The translations under genes and the position numbers were made by a program. Under the pieces are notes generated by a model. The model made no database searches and had not been told where the DNA came from. It saw nothing but the letters and a program-made list of their open reading frames with translations. Shown piece after piece: positions 60,601 through 64,000 of a stretch of DNA of 64,000 nt (positions are counted from its first letter, which is position 1; each line of letters starts with the position of its first letter). This stretch comes from Auanema rhodensis (lineage: Eukaryota; Animalia; Nematoda): the NCBI GenBank assembly GCA_964057225.1, contig OZ059899.1, positions 11,036,001 to 11,100,000 of the forward strand. The letters are read 5' to 3'.

Positions 60601-62900
60601 CGTTTGATTTTGATGAAGAGCTTTTGGAATATTGTAGGACAGATGTCCGTATTTTAACCAACTGTATGAAAGTTTACATGAAGTTGGCAACCGCCACCAC
60701 TGGCTGGAACCCTGTCATACAATGTATGACATTTGCCAGTTTCTCTTTATTCCAGGCAAGTTTTTTAAAATACAAGCATTTTCAAAACTAGTATATTACA
60801 GTTGAAAATGAATCACATTAAAGAGAACCAAGTGGGTATTCTGCCCGAGACTGGTTATTATGCCGGTCAAAAGCAGAGTATAATAGCCATAAAGTATATA
60901 AAATGGCTAGAACAAGGATTGGGCCACCCATTAATGCATAAGCTTAATGGTGGCGAATTTGCAGTGAGAGTAGATGGCCATCGCTATCTACTCGATGCTT
61001 ATGACCCCGTTGCCAATCATGGCTATGAGGTGAGTAATTTGTAATAAATGTAAAAAATGCAAATTTTTGTAGATTAATGGTTGCATTTACCATGGTTGCC
61101 CCCAGTGCACCAACAAGAGCGCTATAGCACCAGGCAGAAATGGTGAAACAATGGAAGAGGTAATTGTGACATTTTTAATCATTTTAATTTTTAAAATTTA
61201 GGTTTATGATAAAACCATGAAAAGGCTTGAAGCAATTCAAAGCCAAGGCATTAGTGTTACCACAGTGTGGGAGCACGAAATTAATGCTCAAATTTCGGCC
61301 AATGAAGAAATGGCGAAATTTATGCGTGAAACAAATGTTGTTACACGCTTGGCACCTAGAGATGCCTTTACCGGTGGCCGCACCCAGACATATAAGCTTT
61401 TGGCACAAGCTTCGGATAGATACTCGCTCGAGTATGTGGACTTTTGTTCACTATATCCATATGTCACAGCCTTTGATGCCTATTACCCTGTAGGTAATCC
61501 CAAAGTTATTACTGAGGGTTTCAAAAGCTTTGAGACATGTTGCCCATACAAGGGGCTAGTAAAATGTGACGTGCTTGCACCCACAAATTTGCTGTACCCT
61601 GTATTAGGCACACGTATTGGCGGTAAACTTATTTTTACAAACTGCCGCACTTGTGCAGTCAAAAGTAAAAATGTAACATGTGAGCACCAGAATGATGTAA
61701 ATGCTAGAAAGCTGCATCTAACTGTGACACATGTTGAGCTCGAGTGTGCCATACAACGTGGCTATAAAGTGCTTAATGTGCATGAGGTGTGGCACTGGGA
61801 AGAATGGCAACAAGGCGGCCTGTTTAAAGAGTTTGTACAAAAGTACATAAAAATTAAACAAGAGGCGTCGGGCTGGCCAAAGCCAAACATGACAGAGGAA
61901 GAAAAGGTATGTTTTAACAAAAGTATCACATTAAATAGAATTTTACAGGTGATTTATCTCCAAGAGCACGAGGAGAACACTGGTGTTGCTCTGGAGAGCA
62001 ATAAAATTGAAAAGAATGCTGCCATGCGTAGCATTGCCAAACTGCAGCTAAATAGGTTTGTAAACTTTTTAAAACAATACATTACAAATTTGCTTATAGT
62101 GTCTGGGGTAAAATGGGTCAAAGACCAGATAAAGCCCAAACCAAGATTATTGGTGTTGAGGACCCAGAAATTGGTAGGATCATTACTGATCCTGCAAGGG
62201 AACTCACCGGGTTCAAAATTGTGGATAATGTTGCGTACTGCACAACAGTACCAGAGGATTCACATTTGGCGCCACCGCCTTTTACAAATGTAGCTATTGC
62301 GGCCTATACAACCGCTCATGCAAGGCTACTATTGTATAAGGCAATGGAGAAAATTGGAAAGAATTTGGTGTATACAGGTAATTTTATACTTGTATTCAAT
62401 TTAAACTTACATTATTTAGACACGGATTCTCTAATTTATCAAAGATGCCTAGATGAGCCAGATCCAATTGAGGATATGAAGGGTGAATGGTTAGGTAAAC
62501 TAACCTCTGAAATACCCGATGGTTGGTCAATGACCAAGTTTGTGTCACCAGCGGCAAAAGTTTATAGTTATAAACTTGTAAATGCAGCTGGTGATGTAAA
62601 ATATGTAACAAAGGCAAAGGGAGTGGTAAGTACGAGCTTTGACTTTTCAAATAATTTTATAATTTTCAGACGTTGGACCACACGGCAGCGTCAGTGGTAA
62701 ACTTTGAAAGTATGGAGCGACTGGTTCGCGGACTCGTTGTGGATGGAGAGAAATTGGTTTTAAAAACCAATACGACATTGTTAAAGAGGCAACTCGGTGC
62801 CATATCCACAATGGATATGACAAAAAGTACTAAAGTCGTAATGGATAAACTTTGTTATCTTCAAGATTATAGTACTTTACCCTACGGTTATTGTGAATAA
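57691..62900 (+). CDS. pPolB: Protein-primed family B DNA polymerase, 14 exons, about 1369 aa
   Basis: Introns 57705-57750, 57808-57853, 57977-58021, 58104-58674, 59710-59753, 59928-59972, 60756-60801 (GC-AG), 61030-61072, 61160-61201, 61907-61948, 62056-62099, 62378-62419, 62626-62669 give one open frame. Motifs: YDFET, AHNGSRFD, YCRTDV, GGRT, DFCSLYP, KLQLNSVWGK, YTDTDS, KAKG. The first four exons are less certain. Confidence 0.9.
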
Positions 62901-63035
62901 TATATTTGAATTTATAAATTTTTATCTTGTATATATTTGTATTTATAAAATTTTATCATTGTACATGTATATTTTTAAAAATAGTTGTATTAATAAATTT
63001 TATTCTTAAATCTTTTAAAGAATTTATTACATACA

Positions 63036-64000
63036 TTACAAACTGGTATCAATATATGGAGCACGATTGTTGTCAATTGAAAGAATAGAGTCATACTCTG
63101 CATAAACAATTGCATATAAGCCCTCTTGCGGCGTTTGTTGACCAAATTCCAATTTCAAGGCTACATTACCTTGTCGTATAACATCAAATAACTCTGACGA
63201 ATGCACAGTAGGAGAAATATCAAATACAAAAAATGTGAAACCAGCTTTATACATTGCTGGTGTAATACCATTGGATGAATCTGTACGACCAAGTCCCAAA
63301 CCTTCGAGCATGTCAATATATGCTGTGGCATAGGAAGATCGCCATTCTAAATTATAAGGACGGGTAGGTATTACCCTATTGTTGAGCGTCAAGTATATAT
63401 TTTTCAAATCAAACGGTTTAAAGTTGAATGGCGAATGTTTAAAAGTACCATTATAAGCGTGTGCGCCAACAAGACCTACTACGACACGTTTTGGTGTATG
63501 AGACGTGAATAATATATTATTAGGTGAATCCAAGCGGCCTCCTTCTATGAAATAAGAGCGCATTTTCACTGATGTCATGGGGTAGTGTATTCGATCCTTT
63601 GCGAGTTTATCTTCTATAGCCATAGCTAATCCAGCGTTTAGATCAAACTCTTGAATGAGCAAATGTACATCGCTGATATCTACTTTCAAATTTGGAAACT
63701 CCTCCTTTAATGTAGTATCCTTGTTTTCATTATTCCAGCCTAGAGTGTCAATTAAAAAGTTATCACGGTTTGGATATGCAGTTAGCTCCATTTTTGAATA
63801 GTTTACAAACAGTCGCTCTTGATTAAATAGGTCGATACTGACGGGAGCAGCCATCTCACACAATATGCCATTTTTTACAAGCGTTTGACGCGTTCTAAAT
63901 CCAGCACTGGATGCATTATCTATATATCTATCAGCATAATAGCCTGATATGGCAAGTTTGCTCTCTTTAACATCGTTGCTATACATTAAAATATTCTCGA
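63036..64000 (-). CDS. Polinton major capsid protein (double jelly-roll), 5'-truncated by the window edge
   Basis: PKRVVVGLV..AYNG..HSPFNFKPFDL.NIYLTLNNRVIP and GFTFFVFDISP motifs typical of Polinton MCP; frame is open to the window end. Confidence 0.85.
   Translation of the reverse strand, partial: ENILMYSNDVKESKLAISGYYADRYIDNASSAGFRTRQTLVKNGILCEMAAPVSIDLFNQERLFVNYSKMELTAYPNRDNFLIDTLGWNNENKDTTLKEEFPNLKVDISDVHLLIQEFDLNAGLAMAIEDKLAKDRIHYPMTSVKMRSYFIEGGRLDSPNNILFTSHTPKRVVVGLVGAHAYNGTFKHSPFNFKPFDLKNIYLTLNNRVIPTRPYNLEWRSSYATAYIDMLEGLGLGRTDSSNGITPAMYKAGFTFFVFDISPTVHSSELFDVIRQGNVALKLEFGQQTPQEGLYAIVYAEYDSILSIDNNRAPYIDTSL

Larger units (their letters stand above)
56467..64000. mobile_element. Polinton/Maverick, left end (continues beyond window)
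   Basis: Array unit breaks at AAATAGTATC|AGTAGAGAG (AG-rich Polinton-type terminus); subterminal repeats; pPolB and major capsid genes. Confidence 0.93.

Noticed and set aside
57773-62650. Minus-strand and alternate-frame ORFs over pPolB, and similar ones over gag/pol
   Set aside because: Shadow ORFs of real genes or intronic low-complexity sequence (58151-58393)

Overview
Eukaryotic, almost certainly nematode, genomic DNA: the tRNA sequence is nematode-type and the introns are 42-46 nt with TTTCAG/TTTTAG-like acceptors. Bases 1-56466 are a head-to-tail array of a 667-bp unit (12 units deleted to 410/411 bp). Each unit carries one tRNA-Ile(AAT) gene on the minus strand: 66 uninterrupted copies, one split by an insertion, one cut by the window edge. 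Four insertions interrupt the array. (1) A 9.9-kb Ty3/gypsy LTR element (30096-40016) with the unusual order gag - herpes gB-like envelope - PR-RT-RH-IN. (2) A 2.7-kb copy of the same family (15183-17879) that is a reverse-transcribed SPLICED RNA; it reveals a used splice acceptor between env and protease and suggests env sits in an intron of a gag-pol gene. (3) One solo LTR of a second family, amplified to 5 copies with the array. (4) The left end of a Polinton/Maverick (56467-end) with a 14-exon protein-primed PolB gene and a major capsid gene. The many 60-115 aa ORFs in the array are artefacts of the repeat.
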